A DNA stretch of 64,000 nt from Enoplolaimus lenunculus (GCA_030248215.1 JASANG010002067.1:1-64000); one strand, 5' to 3'; positions 23,501-37,913 are shown, numbered from the stretch's first letter. Made by a program: numbers and translations. The notes: generated from the letters alone by a model not told the origin.

Positions 23501-26500
23501 TTATACTGTTGTAACAACACATATGGGGTTACATAGTGTTTTGTACAATAGTTGACCGCTTTTTAGCGTTAGTCAAAATTATATTTTTAGCATAAATATC
23601 AACTCTTATTTCAAGACGGCCAAAGTGTTTGGGTATGTTTGAAACCATTTCTCAAATATTATGCGTACAGATTTTAGTGAATATATGCAGAAACTTTTAA
23701 TCAAAGCGCACACTGCACCTCAATATTTATAATCGCAATGACGATGGTCGTGCTAAAATGTCGGCGAGTCTGGTTTGTTATCAACATTTTAACGTAGATA
23801 CGCCTACGAGTAGGACAAGGAAAATATATTTGACCAAAGCTCTCCGTGTTGAGAAAAAATGGTGATGAACAAGATCTTTGCATGAGGGATAAGTCGTCCT
23901 GCGACATGGTTGGAGAAATTGTCCTCAATTATTTCGAGAAGAATAATTGTAGGAGGATCTCTCCGCGGAGATGAATTGTTCTACGACGAGTTCTCCGGGG
24001 GATGATGGAATTGTCCGGGGAGGTAAAACGTCGTATGACACCGAAAACCCGCTATTTAACCCGTTGGATCTTTGCAGTGTTTATACCTCGGCGGCACGGG
24101 GTGGGGTGTTACTAGTGGATCCAGAGGGGCCATAAAATGGTAAGCTCTCGCTCTACCCTACAATTTTTGTCCTCAGAAAATTTTTTGTAAAAATACAATT
24201 TTACCCCAGAAATATTTTTGCAATAAGAACCTTACAATTTTTGTTCTAAGAAATTATTTTGCGATAAAATGAATTGATTTCTGCCTTACAATTTCTCTGC
24301 TAAAAATTTTTGGTTGTAAAATGATAAGGTCTATTGCCAGCCCGTCTCCCCGTCTGAAATTTTTGAACCGCCTCAGCGGGGTGTTCATTGGTAAACTGAG
24401 AATCATGAAGTACCTATGAATTTGCAATGAATTCATTTTTGCAAGCGCAATTCCTTAGTAAAGAGGATTACGTGAAAACAAGACCGATAAAAAATCCGAA
24501 GTATAGCAGGCACCCAAGGATTAATATAACTCTAAAAAGAGCACACCAAGCAATCAAAAAGCCAACTCGTTTTCCCAATAAACGACTTAAACTGCAAAGT
24601 AAAACATTAGTGTAAATGGGGATTTAAAGCCTCATTAATACCACTATATTCAGACATACCCCGTTCCTGCTTGACTGCCTTAACAGGCTACAGCGACAGA
24701 ATAACCTGCTGGATTGTAGAGTCTAAACTAAGTTATCCTCAGTCAGTACACAAACTTGCAAGAAAACTTTGAAATATAGTTATACCGCTACGAAATGAAT
24801 CTGGACTACACCACTGCTGCATGCAACATGGGTAAACAGTATTTCCTATACCAAAACGAGCCCTTTTTATTTTGATACAAGATCTTCCATTAAACTTTTC
24901 CAAACATTTACAACCTGAACTGCTACACATTTGCGTTAAATTTAATGTCGATACATGATTTATGTTCCTTGCGTTTATAAACATTTGGATTTTGAAATGA
25001 ATACTATTCAAAGAATGCCAATTAAATGTGACATCAGCATTGCAGACAGTAGGCGGCTAAACGAGGTAAAGCTTTAGCTCACAAGACTGAGAGAAAAGCG
25101 AAAAGTTCGGAAAATTTTTTCACAATATATACAGCAGAACGTATGGTTCAAGAAAGGTATACCGTGTATACGGTAAAACCATTGTAAGGTATCACGAACC
25201 CGTATTTATAAGGGTTGGTGGGCTCAGCCCCTCTAGCAAGATTTTGATTGTGCTAGAAATGTTTAGCAACGATGGAAGCTTATCGTTTCAGCTACACGCC
25301 CCTCCTAGAATGGTTTTGGTCTTCCAGCAGTCAGAGCTGGCAACGGGTTTGAGGTATCATGCGGTTTTAAATAATTTTTGTCTTAATTAATTTGGGATGA
25401 AAAATTAACTACTTAAGGAATTATATATAAACAGCAGACTTGTTTTTATTGACGTGCTGTAATGAATAAACTTTGATCTGGAGTTTGTTCTATATGAAAC
25501 TAAAACGAAAAGTAAACTCGAAAAGTGTGTTTTTTCACCCTACAGATGGGTTGGGTATTCAGAGGATTCGTGTAAAAATATTCCTCCCAACTTTTGGCCC
25601 ATGTAAAGATCAGGGGCGGAACGGTTATCTGTGGGACTAAAAAACAGTAAGCTTAAGCTTTAGACAATTTTTTGCTTGGCTTAGCTTTAGGCTTAGGAAT
25701 ATGCTCATTCTTACGCTTAGGTTTAGGCTTAGGCTTAGGTTTAGGAATATGCTTATAATACTGTTCCGCCGCAGTTTTTTTACGTTGGCCAAAATTTTTT
25801 ACAAAACTTCATGAGACAACTTGAAAAATGCGTTAACAATACACCGGTTAGCGATAATTTTTATTGATCGATGGCCGCTTTCCGTGCAAATTTCAAATTT
25901 ATGATCCAAAAATGCTTTAATATTTTACACGCAATTTCTTAAAAATCGTTTAACTTTCAAATTTATCTGGAAATAGGCGTCAGTCACAGGGTAGGGTTAA
26001 TAGTATATAAGCTTATTCAAGCATCACAATCCGTCGCAGTGACTAAACAGACCCAAGTCTAAAACTAACTTCGTGGTCAAACGCATGTTACGCTTTGGAT
26101 TGTTTTACTTCGTTGCCAGATGAACTTAAATGCTAATAACCAAAGCCATTGCGAAGCACATAAAAAGGCAAATCAGCAGACGATATGACCATTTTTGAAC
26201 TATTCTTAGTAGTTTTTAAAAAAAGTGTTGGTATAACAAACTGTTTAACAAACAGCGCTTTAATTACGCTACGGCGCAGCAAAGAACAACTGTTAAAATT
26301 TGGCGAAGAAAACAAAAATGTTTTGACATTTAGAAAACACGAAACTATATGGTTTTTAGAAAGAAAGTGTAAATCAGCATATTGCAAACTACCAAATAAA
26401 GCAGTGGCAGATCCAGAAGTCTTTGACTTTAGTCTTAAAAATCTTAATACAAAATTTCGGTATTATGACGTGTTTATGGGCAGGCAAAGCCTGGGTGCGC

Positions 26501-27416
26501 GAAATTGAATCCGCCATTTAAGTAAAGATTGAATTCACAACATTCTCATGGTCTTAAAATCATTTGATCAGATTTCGCTTTCACAAGGCAAAGTTGACCC
26601 ACAGTTACCAAAGAATATTAAAGTAACCTTATAAGTAAATTTTAAAAATCATTGACTTCGAACTCTCCCCGCCCTCCTAATACGTTGAAGCCTCTCTATG
26701 AGATAAAAATGAAAATTTGTACACAATATAATGTGTATGACAATCATTACGCGATTTGAGAGAGAACTGACTTGAGCTCCGGCATCAAACTCGTATGCCG
26801 GTATGGTTGATGTTCGAAGCCTCCATCGTAGAAAACGGGTTTTGATTCAGTTATTAAAATTTTGAAAGAAAAATATTTATTTCTGTGCAAAGTTCTATAC
26901 GTTTAATTAGAGAATTGTGTTCCAAATGTGGATTTAATTTTGAGTTTGTTGTAAAAACAACATCCACGCTCGAGCAAACAAGACGTTGATGTTTTGACAT
27001 CTCTAAAATGAGCATTTTATCACGCGACGCCTAATTAAAAACGTTGCGCCTATGTTTCTTGTATAATGCTTATGTTAGTTGTTCTGCTTCCGTTTACAAA
27101 CGGTCAATAAACCTGTGAGACCGCGGAGTTGGTTGTATCAAGAGTGGATGATCACTCTAACAATAGTGTGCAAGTACCGAAATTTGTACGGTACAAAATG
27201 TAGCACCGGGCGGTGCATTTTTGCCGTCCCCCCGTATTTAGATGGGAGGTAGTTGATGTTTGAAAGTGCACATGCTTTTAAAATTCTAAACGAATGCAAT
27301 TTCCACAATATCATGCGTTCACCAGGTGATAAAAATATTTAACACAAACAGAAACGAAAAAGGGATATTGAAGTGAAAGGTTCGGTCCATGTATAGCACT
27401 GAGACTTGCTGTCTGC

Positions 27417-28147
27417 CAAGGTGGAAAACTTATGACAAGAAGTGAAGCGCAGCCACTCTTGTATGACAGCTAGGAACTCGCTGATTTGGTAGGAAATATC
27501 ACAAGCATAAGTTTGGCTTGGAAAACTGAAAAATTTACAAGATCTGTAGTGTAAAGTTTGTCTTTCTAAAACGGGAAAAGTGGAAAATTAAAATGATTAG
27601 ATTATCCCTGGGTTGGTAGGGAAAATGTGAAACATTGGTTTTGTTTGAAAAACAAAAAAGTGGAAAATTTAAAACGTATATTTTCCTAGTTAGGTAGTGA
27701 AAGTTTGAAAGTGGATTTTGTTTTGAAAACGAGAAAAGGAGAAAATTTAAAACGCCTATGATTTTCCCTACGTTGGTCGGGAAAACGTAAAGCAAAGGGT
27801 TTGTTTGGAAAATGGGAAAAGTGAAAAATTTAAAACATATAGAATTCCGGCCCTTTTGGAGTTTCTCTCCACAATGGTAAAGTTTCCTCCCGCCACAATG
27901 ATTCATGTTTATTATGACAAATTGCGGGACCACCCGGCGATTTGAAGGTACACTAAACAAGATGGAGGGGCTGCCGCCCCTCCAAGCTCCCCACATAAGT
28001 GGTTCCAATACTGAAGAATCAGGCGTCTGAATTTTCCACTTTTCCCAGCCCAAATTTTTCCTGTGATTTTTCCCACCTCACCAGCGGATTAAACCCGTCA
28101 TATGCGAGTTGCTGGGCTGCACATCTTGTGATAAGTTTTCCGCCTTG
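27417..28147. mobile_element. TIR element with long GA-rich subterminal repeats; a second, one-ended copy at ~12418-13090
   Basis: CAAGGTGGAAAACTTATGACAAGA ... TCTTGTGATAAGTTTTCCGCCTTG inverted termini; internal tandem units containing GGAAAA...AAGTGGAAAATTTAAAACG; superfamily not assigned. Confidence 0.7.
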
Positions 28148-31100
28148 CAAAAAAGGATGCCCCTGTGAAATATATTGGCCAAAGTTTCCTAGACGTTTGA
28201 TTTTTCTGCTAATACAATTGAGGCATCCATCATATATTCACCGGACTTTTTAAAATTTTAAAGGAGAAATAAACGGATGCACTGATTTTTTTAATTCTGG
28301 ATGGCTCTATACCGATAAAAGATCCGAATAACCGGTCACACCATAATTGTCGGCAATTGACTCAGAAGTTCCAAAGCACGATATTAAGTCTCTAGTGGCT
28401 CGAACTGCTACCCATTACTTTACAGTTGTAGTACTACTGCAGACTCTGCTTGGGCTCGCAAGTTTTTGATTTGACATAGTTCTGTTTTTAAAACTATAAA
28501 AATGTTTCCAAAGTTAAAACAAGTATCGTATTGATTTTACCGTTGGGTATTTAATTTTTATATCCGGCGAATAGAAGCAACCACACGCAACATAGTAAAC
28601 GTAACACCGACCGATAACATAAAATAGCAATAAATCGAATAATTAAACAATAAAAGCTGAAATTCAAGTCAAGCTGTTCTGGTATACAGCACAATGAGTG
28701 CAGTTCAAGCGAGTGGTCCTAAGTGCCAGCGTAGACGCATGCCGTACATACAACTACCTGATACAGCCTGTTTATTGTCTAATTCATTAAAATCTGAACG
28801 CTGGACAGGTAAAAATTGGTAACCAAGCCTTAAGATTAACCTCATCGTTAGCCTAACTGCATTGTTTTAGCTTGGCAATAGATTAACCTCATTGTTTGAC
28901 TAACGCAATGTTTTAGCTTGGCAATAGTGTTTGCAATGAAACAACTTATGTCGGGTTTAACATATGACTTGACCTGAATGTCGAAATGCTTGGACTGTCA
29001 GTAATAACAGATGCGTCTTTAAAGATTTATGCGTCATCCGCTTTTAGTCGCGTCGAGAATGTGGAAAGGTAAACGCGGATGCCTGCGGGTAATATTCTCA
29101 TTCTGTTAATAATGCAGAATCACTCGACATTGGTGTATACATCACAAAATTTCGCGGTTGGAAACAAACATTATAGAAAGAGGGTTTAGATTTTTAAGTG
29201 CACTAACCCAAAGGCATCCCTACATCAAGAACATTGACTAGTATATAGTGTTTTCAGTAGAGCAGTACGAAAACCAAAAAAGCAGGTGTATATCTGAAAC
29301 TTTTGCAATTATGTCAACTTGATGAGCGTACCTGGTTATTCTTAATGTTGGGCGTTTTTCAGATAACAGTTTGTTAGCCAAATGTTCTTTTGCGTTATAG
29401 TCGAGAATATTTGAAAAGTTTCAAGGTTTTGACACGACAATTAATATAGTGAAGAAGTGAAATGCTAATTTTTTAACTTTTATGCTAAAATGTAGGCTTT
29501 GCTGCGTGCCGTTAGGAAGGAATGATTATTAAACTATGAGCGAAAAAATTCAACACCATGTCACTTTGGAACCAACTCGGTTGCGGCGGTAGGTGGGTTA
29601 TTCAAATATGTGCTTGGGGAACGTTTCCGCTAGAAATGAAAATCCTACGTTTTCGTAAATTTAGAGCACTGATGTGCCATCTTGATGTAGATATTGAAAC
29701 TAACCAGAGAAAATTTATAAAGCCACAGAGTTTTCTCGTAGCACTGAAATTTCTGCTGCGCGTGTCATGTGAGCAACAATTTGTTTATCGTCATGCGTTA
29801 CCCAGTGTGCAAATTGACGCCTAATTATTTAATTATATAAAACAAATATGGCTAATAAAATATTGAAAATTAAAAACTTTATCGTCATAGACAATAAATT
29901 TGAGTAAAAGCTATGATTTACACAAGTTTTTAATAGAAAACAAGAATGCAATAAAATGCAAATAGTAGCTTTTAAACACATAGGCAGTGCAGTTTTACAC
30001 AAAGGAAACTTCAATTTTTTCAACTTTCTTTCTAAAGACAGATCAAGTCGTCCCAGAATAGATCTTATGCAATCATAATTGCCAAATCTTATTTTCATCA
30101 GTCAAAATTGTTGCTCAAACCGAAGTGTTTAATGACGAAATACAAAATATTGCATTAGCAGCTGTGATAGCTGCTAATGTAATAACAACAAAGCACAGCA
30201 ATTTTTGTAGCCGAAACTAAAATTTTTACGGTCAGTAGCCAAAGAGGGGTACAAGGAAAACTTTGCCCTCAGGAAAAATATGGCATTGACTGGAAAATCT
30301 TTGTTTTGGCTTGTAAATACATCGAAATCCCTAATAAAATTACGTTGGACTGGCTGCGTGTCTAGAATCATCTGTTTTCAATTTATCAACGTTAAGAAAA
30401 CCTATACAGTCATAGTTCCACCCAACATTCTCTTCGTGTCAAAGAAAGCATATTACAATTGAGCAACATAAATAAACAACCTCTGTAACTACTGTTTTAG
30501 TTTAGACCAAGGCTGGTATCAATGATCTTCTGAGAGTAGTAAAAGAATTTAGAGCGCCAGAGTAACCTCCGTCAACGCGGAACCGCAACGTATATCAATT
30601 TTATATAAAAATGGCCCATGTTAATTATAGAAGCATGCCCATTGGAAAGCGGAGACCGAAGCTCTCAGAGGCTGGGAGACTTAGACTGGCTGAGGAGTAG
30701 GAGTAGAATTAGATTTATTTTTATGCTACACCTCGGTTTAGATTTAGGTTTAGCCTTTGCTTTGTGGGCTCTTGAGCAGGACATTATAGTAAACTTGGGC
30801 AAAAAATTGTAGCGATATTTGCAGCCCCGCTCCGAATCAGGTGTCCAATACAAGTACGATCTTCTGTAATGGCCACAGAAATCCGATTGCTTCCAACTGG
30901 GGGTATGCGGGAGGTTAAGCTTTTTTCATCAAAAATCAAAATAAGGTACATTAATGCTTAGATCTAAAAGAGCGTATGTATTTAAAACTGGATATCCTGA
31001 ACATCAAGATATATTTAGAAAAACGTTTTCGGTTTAATTGTTAAGTACAAAATTTCAGAATTTATAGTCGTTTTGAAACAAGCGTTTCAGTTGATTTGAA

Positions 31101-31149
31101 CATGAGCATTTTGAACAAATGAACAATAACAGGGCTTAGAATGTTTTAT

Positions 31150-31291
31150 TCAAGAATCCACATTTCCACCGTTTATTGTCACCTGCGGTACAATGTTTGG
31201 TTTTGTTGGTGATGTAGCAATCATAGATGCTGCTGCTACCTGGGATATTGCCCCAAGCGAGCGTCGTTGTGGCTCAGATTGACTTCTGGAA
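31150..31291 (-). CDS. GPCR probable terminal exon 5 (SSRSQSEPQRRSLGAISQVAAASMIATSPTKPNIVPQVTINGGNVDS*)
   Basis: Acceptor TTTTTAG; phase 2 matches the exon-4 donor; open for 47 codons to a TGA that overlaps AATAAA; Ser/Thr-rich tail. Gives a 618-aa protein. Confidence 0.7.
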
Positions 31292-31494
31292 CTAAAAACG
31301 TAAGCACGGACGTAGCCAGAATTTCATTTCGGGTGGCAAAAACCTTATGTTAAAATATAAAATTTTGTGAATTCAGGATCAATATTAAATTTTGTTCAAA
31401 GTTGTGTATTTCTTGTGTCTCGAGACATTTTGGGAGAAGATATGTTCTGCTGTTGCAAAATTGGGTTATTGTGTAGTTGGCTTCAATGGTTCAT

Positions 31495-31702
31495 ATTATT
31501 AAATGTGTATAGCATTTATCATCAGTTGGCGATAAGTTTTCAAAGTTGACAAGTTCCTGCAATTGTGGGTTGCAAGACTAGCGCAGTAGTAAAACAAATC
31601 AAATGCGAAAGATGTGCTGAACTTCGCTTCTCGTCATTCGCTGATTCGAAAACTACAAGGTCTATCACCAACTGGCGATAAGTGCTGCACACATTGAGAA
31701 TA
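31495..31702. repeat. Fold-back (inverted repeat) element in the last GPCR intron
   Basis: AATGTGTATAGCATTTATCATCAGTTGGCGATA (~31502-31534) pairs imperfectly with TATCACCAACTGGCGATAAGTGCTGCACACATT (~31663-31695). Confidence 0.6.
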
Positions 31703-31925
31703 CGGGTCAATATCTAACTTGGACACTATAAGCAAGAAAAGTTTGCGTAGGATGTTCTTATCGTTTTACACAATGAAACTTAGCACCCTTACAGCCAGTT
31801 CGACAGTTATCAAATGTATTCTTTTAAAATTTGCACCCCAAACATGAATGTATATAGTTTAATCAAACTTATTGGACCGTAAACAAAACAGGCACAATTC
31901 TGCGAAACACAGTAAAGACTAATAC

Positions 31926-32112
31926 CTTTCACAGCATCGTGAATCTTTCATGGCAGCGCGAACTTCTGGCATTCGGGCAGAATAAATCAAAGGATTCCAT
32001 AGGCCTTTTAGAATTATTAAACAATTCGAAATAATATTTGTGATCAGCGACGTGACAAAATCAATACGAACAATGCAGTCGTTTGGACACAAAAATACTG
32101 GAAACAACGTAC
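31926..32112 (-). CDS. GPCR exon 4 (ECL3, TM7 KGLWNPLIY, helix 8)
   Basis: Acceptor TTTTCAG; NPxxY motif; ends either at donor AG|GTATTA (31925) or at the in-frame TAG at 31921-31919. Confidence 0.9.
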
Positions 32113-32478
32113 CTGAAAATATTAATTTTAAAAAACTGGAAACTGGTTTTCTAAATTTTAAACTTTATTGGACCGTACCATTTTGCCATAAAAAATGTTA
32201 TGGTGGTGAGTGTGGAGCCCCATCTATATCCGGTAGTGTATGGCATGTGGGGTGTCGCAGTTACTTACAGGCCAGCCGAAACCGTTATGCCTAAGACTGA
32301 GTTTTTGCCCAAACTTGTACCTTACGGTTTTTCCTAAATCTGAACGTAATACTCAGCCTAAGCCTAAAGCATAAGCCTTAAATTTAAATGTGACGAAGAG
32401 TGTACAAGAGCGCGACTGAGTGTCAGATGGGTTTTCTTTCGGCTTTGGACCCGATTTCTGTCCAGCCAAAACGTTTAC

Positions 32479-33353
32479 CTGGCAGCCAACCGACAATAAA
32501 CGATCCAACGATTACAAGCGAAGTTGTCAACGTGCGTCGTTTACGTTTAAGTTGAGTTTTATATTGAGTTCCACTTGAACGGCCCCGATTTCGAATTGAG
32601 TTAGATTTTAGTGAATCTGAATTCAGCGTTGATAGCTCAGTTGCGTCTGAATACAGCGACTGATTCCGGTCAGGTAATGCGTTTTGGCGTCGCAGCCATC
32701 GGGATGGCCGGTGATAAACGGGTTTCGAACAAGTAGACCTTGAACCGGAAGCTAATGAGTTTACAATTTCATCACAGGAGAATTGAGAGTCTTCGGTACG
32801 CCATTTGATAATAAGCGACGATTTTGTTGACATTCTAGGTTTGGCAACAGGTGGTGCAGATTGTGGCGTATGATGCAAGGCTGGACGGGTACAGGTTGCA
32901 GGTTCAGTGACAGAGTGATGAGTAGCGAGTTTATCCTGATCACCATGGCGACAGCGTGTCTGCAAAGGTAGGTTTCCAATTGACTGACGATGTCCGTTAT
33001 TTACAGGGTTGTCCACACCTGTGTTCATCGAAGGGGGCTCTGAGTTCGTAATTGCTATATAGGGTCCCTCCTTTTCGATTGGGACATCTAGTGTGGTAGG
33101 CGATTCTGGTCGTTGTGAAGACTGATGGGTTCGTATTACTGAAGAATTATTCAAATGGTGTTGCTGATGACCGTAACTGCCGCAGTCAGACTGTTCTTTA
33201 CTGCTGTTTCCGGCCGCGTGTCGCAATTGTTTGATCATTTTTTTACTCTGCCGAACTAAACTGAGACTGATTCGAATGTAAATCAAACACATGAGTACCA
33301 TAGGAATGACAAAGAATAGAAACATCGCCAGCCGATACGAGAATAGTTCGAAG
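32479..33353 (-). CDS. GPCR exon 3 (TM5, ~240-aa ICL3, TM6 ...IVGSFIVGWLP)
   Basis: 875-nt open exon, acceptor CTTCAG, donor G|GTAAAC; FVIP.......IY..I in TM5 and F.VGWLP in TM6. Confidence 0.92.
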
Positions 33354-33737
33354 CTGAAGTTTAAGCAAAATTTAAATGGTACTTTATATCAAATGGTAGG
33401 AAATGCACGCCGAATAATGCAAGTTAAACATTTAAACGGTTTGAATAGTGAGAGACGTAGCCATAGTTTTAAAGCCAAAATCTTGTATTAAGATTTAGTA
33501 CTAAAATTGCATTCGGCTTCTCGCTCGCGATTATCGCGAGGTTTCGTCCGTTATTCTCTATCGTGTGATCGCTGCAAGTTATCTTACACCAATATATAGC
33601 AAAGACATTAATGTAATACTGCACTCACTTCAGCATAGTTAGCATATTTTACATTACGAGCTCTATTGTTGGCTGAATCCCAGTCAACGAATTATTTCTC
33701 AAAATATGACAAAAAAACAAATGCACGCACGACTTAC

Positions 33738-33966
33738 CTTGCGTAATTGGCGCATCTAGTTGCTTGAAACCCTTCATTGGGGATACTGGCGAAAAGTGTT
33801 AAAAATCCAAACGGTGGCAGCACCCACAACATGAAAATGATGAATCGAACACGAAAATTTGAAAACCAACGACGCCAAGAATGCGGGTAAGAAGTAGCGA
33901 ACAAATGATTAATCGACAAAAACACCAAATGCAGAATTGACGTGAATATACCACCAAGACGAAAGC
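33738..33966 (-). CDS. GPCR exon 2 (TM3-TM4: GFRLGGIFTSILHLVFLSINHLFATSYPHSW...FMLWVLP...)
   Basis: Acceptor TTACAG, donor AG|GTAAGT; NHL at the DRY position, conserved TM4 Trp; phases are consistent. Confidence 0.9.
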
Positions 33967-34421
33967 CTGTAACATATCAAAAATGTTGAATTAAAACTTT
34001 ATTCTAAGTCACGCAACTAGGAATTATTAGTAGTGGAAGCAAGAACATTAATAGACGGGCAAGGAAATGTTTTCCAACATAAAATTTCTGTTAAATGCTA
34101 CCGAAACAATATTGGGACAGTGGAGCGAACATGCCCATAGAGGGTAATTACGGCATAGACTGTGTAGATAGGAATGTTCTGCGCTTGTCAATTTTATTCA
34201 ATATTCATTCTTGTTATACGTGTCAAATAAACACTAGTTGTTGATTAAGGCAAACTGTCAGTGGCATTTGCTTTAGATTGACAGCGAACTGCACCGAACA
34301 GCAGATAAATCATTAAATCTAAGAACCTTACTTTTGTACACCGTCAACAATTATTTCATATGGTAGTACCTAACGTTGCCACAACCAATTTAGATTGGGA
34401 ACTGCATAAAACACTACTTAC

Positions 34422-34845
34422 CTTCAATAATAAACGCAACACAAAACGTATCGAATAGTATAACGCCGAATACAACAGGCAAATAACTGTTAATTATCAG
34501 TCCTGCAACCAAAAAGAACGACGCCCATACATCAGCAGCCGCTAAACTTAACGTTATCACCAGCGTCGGATTGTGAGACGTTGTTCTCGAACTTAACCCA
34601 GATGCTATACTAATAGTGCCTCCAGCACCGCCGCCATAATTTGGTTTCACCCATTTCAACGAGCATAAAATGTATAAATTAGCAATTATTGCCATGGCGC
34701 ATAGGCATGCCATTACTGGTACAGTTATCGAGTAAACTCGTAAGCGTAAATCTGCTTGACGCAGCGTTGCATCAATAAACGCAGTTGTTATGTTTATTTG
34801 AATTGGAACAAACGTTGAATTCAACCATACAGTTGAAGTGCTCAT
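34422..34845 (-). CDS. Rhodopsin-like (class A) GPCR, coding exon 1 (N-terminus, TM1-TM2, start of TM3)
   Basis: ATG at 34845; N-glycosylation sequons NST and NIT; TM1 AIIANLYI, TM2 SLAAAD (LAxxD); phase-1 donor G|GTAAGT; TTTCAG acceptor ~73 nt upstream of the ATG. Confidence 0.9.
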
Positions 34846-37800
34846 TTTTTGACAGTTGTTGTTCAACAGACACCAAGGGCCAAGTCGTAATTATAAACAA
34901 TAATATTAATTTTCGATGCTGAAAGAATTGGAGGGATTTGATTAAGTTTGGTAAACATATAGTTAACTAAGTATTGGTATAAAGTTTACCGTAATATTTT
35001 AGGTTAGTCGGCAGAACTGATTTTGGGACTATAACAAACAAGATCATTCTACTAATATATTGTAACATAAATCCTGAAAAGCTAAACTGCTGTATATACC
35101 GTCTGAGATTTCGCGATCCGGGCTCGACATTGCTGTTCGCAATGGATCAAACGGCTGTTTTTGGTTGATACCTGCCTAGCCGTTGGAGCCTGATACCGGG
35201 TCCGGCACTTAACCTATTTAAAAATCGGCTAAAACTTTATTGGCGCACGTCACATTTTAAACCAAATTTAACGACAACGGTTGAAAGTTTTAAGTCAGAA
35301 ACAACTCTCGAAGCTGTGAAAAGACAACACAACAACTTAATCATGTACTTTTTAATATAATCTTACTTAATCCATATGACTGATTTTTTGCGTCCGGTAA
35401 AATCATTAGCGAACCATAATTTTCAAATATTATATAATTCAACTCACGCAAGCGCACAGTTGTGTTCTAAAAATAGTACCTAACAAACTGGCAATTGGGG
35501 AGTTGAAATACAAATAGGCTTACGAGTCAAGAGGGCTACAACTTTCAAAACTTGACTTGTTAAATTTAACTGCACCAGGCAGGTAACTAGATATACTTAA
35601 GCATATACTACAGTTAATAGTGTTTACTGCAATTGGTGTGCCCCTTGTAGCAGACCTGTAACCAGCTCACCTTGCTATTGAAAGCAAACATTTTTAGCAG
35701 GGGCATACAGAGGTATTCGTTGCTTATAAGTTTAAGTTCAAGTATTAAGGAGGGCAAAACTTTTAAGAGTGGTTGAGCCCCCAATGCAACCCTTGGCTAC
35801 GCCCATCTTGAAGGTTTTAGGCCAAAAACTTTTGCAACCTCGATTTCAAACATTTTTAATTGATAAACCCGTCTGAAACATCCGTATTAAACAGACGATT
35901 TTTACCCACGTTTTTTAATACCGCCCATACCCTTATGGCAGTCCCTGGCGTTTCCAAATCTATAAATTGATCTGGGTCGACATCGGATCACGATCAGTAT
36001 ATTAGTTGGTGAAATACAATAGAAACATCATTAACGATTTTCAACCTGTCAGTTGGTTCACCAGGAAGAAAAAAGCATTTAGAAAACTGGGGATGTGGCC
36101 CCCGGAAGTACTCTCGGTATGGCTGCGCCAAAGCAGTCACAATCCATATCACCATGGCCCTATTGGGGTGGGGCACTCCAACGATGGGCCCCGCCATATC
36201 AATATTTTCAACAAAAAATAGCCGCTTATATACATTATTATTTGAAAAACGTTTAAATCATCGAAAAGGGCCCCCTGGAATTTTGGGGGCCCCTGCTAGC
36301 CTGCTCCTGCACTACGGTATGGCCCTCTGCGAGTTTTTTTCGTGAAATGCTCACTCATGCGCGCGATATGTTTCAAAACACAACTTGACTCAAAATGACA
36401 GATGAAATTAAAACTGAAAACAAATCAGTTTTTCGAAAACAGTTTTCAACAACAACTCGGTTGATTAAATTTGCTAGGGTGCACTGGACTTTACATTCGA
36501 TAAAAACAATCAAGGGTATAGCCAGGGTTAAGTCGTTGGAGCCAAAGTGTTCACTTTTGAGATTTATGTCTAGCGCTTTTACATACTTTACAGCTGGTAA
36601 CACAAGACCTCCAGTCGAATTTTTATAGAATGTACCTTTCATTTTTCAAACGTCTGGCTACGCTCATGACAACTATACTGCGTAGTATTTATAGGTTATG
36701 GAAAACAAAGGGTACGCGTGGTTACCACCTTTGGAACTGTAAAAATATGCGACCAAAGACTTTTCAGAAAAATTCTGTTAAAATTTGCTCACGATCCTTT
36801 AATCATCATCTTAATTCGACATTCGTTGTATACGGTACGTTGCTTTGACGATATGCAGGGCTGGAGCAGCCACCCACTATACCCATATTTGGAAGGAAGG
36901 CCCCAAAGAATGCTCACCAGCCTAACAAGAGTTTAAACAAAAAATTTGAAAACTGTCGGCGCTGACGAGATGAGAGTCTGGGACGCTTTGGTTTCTGCTT
37001 ATGTTATAGGCTTAGGATTAAGGTTATGTATGTTAGTGATAGCTTTTAGGCTTACGCGTAGTAGTCAGGCTCCTATACTTACATGGGTCTCATAAGCTAT
37101 TTGGATATAGGTTTAAAAATACCGCTATACGTCCCACAGTTGTTTGCTTTTCTACTGAGCAGTTGCTGTAAAAGTTGTTATAATTTGCACTAAGGGTTGC
37201 GCTACGCTTTTGTTGCGTTGCGCCGCCGCCCGTGACCCGCACGGTACCGTCCAACGCCGTTTGTCACCGTGCGGTATCGTACGCAAAAATTCACGTACGA
37301 TAACGCACGGTGCCGTACGGGTGACGCACGATGACGGACGGCGCCATACGGGTGACGGACGGTGTCGTAAGTGTGATGCACGATGACGGACGGCGCCGTA
37401 CGGTGACGTACGGTGACTGTGTTACGAAAATAAATTCTTAAAAAACATATCAAACGAAGTCAGAACGACGGTTCGGAAATAAAATCGCTTGTGATTTGGC
37501 CTTCAAAACACAACCGGATTGCCGTTAATGAAAGTTTCGGCTAAACTGTTCGATTTTAACGCGCTTGTTTATCGCAACACAATAATTAACGGATAAAAGT
37601 ACAAATCTGTTAACGGTTAATATTTTATACAAAAGATTATCAAAAGTGTAGCGCAGTTTTCGTTCTTTATCAAAAATTCAGATAATGGTAAAGTTCGGCA
37701 TCATGACAAGTGATTTAGCGATCGTTTGTAATGAATATTTAATTGCGCAACAGAAAGATTATTACTTAAATTCGCTTTGATGATTGATTTTTAGCTGACG

Positions 37801-37913
37801 ATATGCAATACAAACACTTTGTATCTTTTCTTTATTAAGTTTTGAAAGTAAATTTACAATGATAGTCGATTAATTATGCAGCGTCTTGCAACAATTCTTG
37901 TTATCATTGCCTA

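Noticed and set aside
27535..28053. 172-aa minus-strand ORF
   Set aside because: Lies within the subterminal repeats of a TIR element; Phe-rich low-complexity translation.
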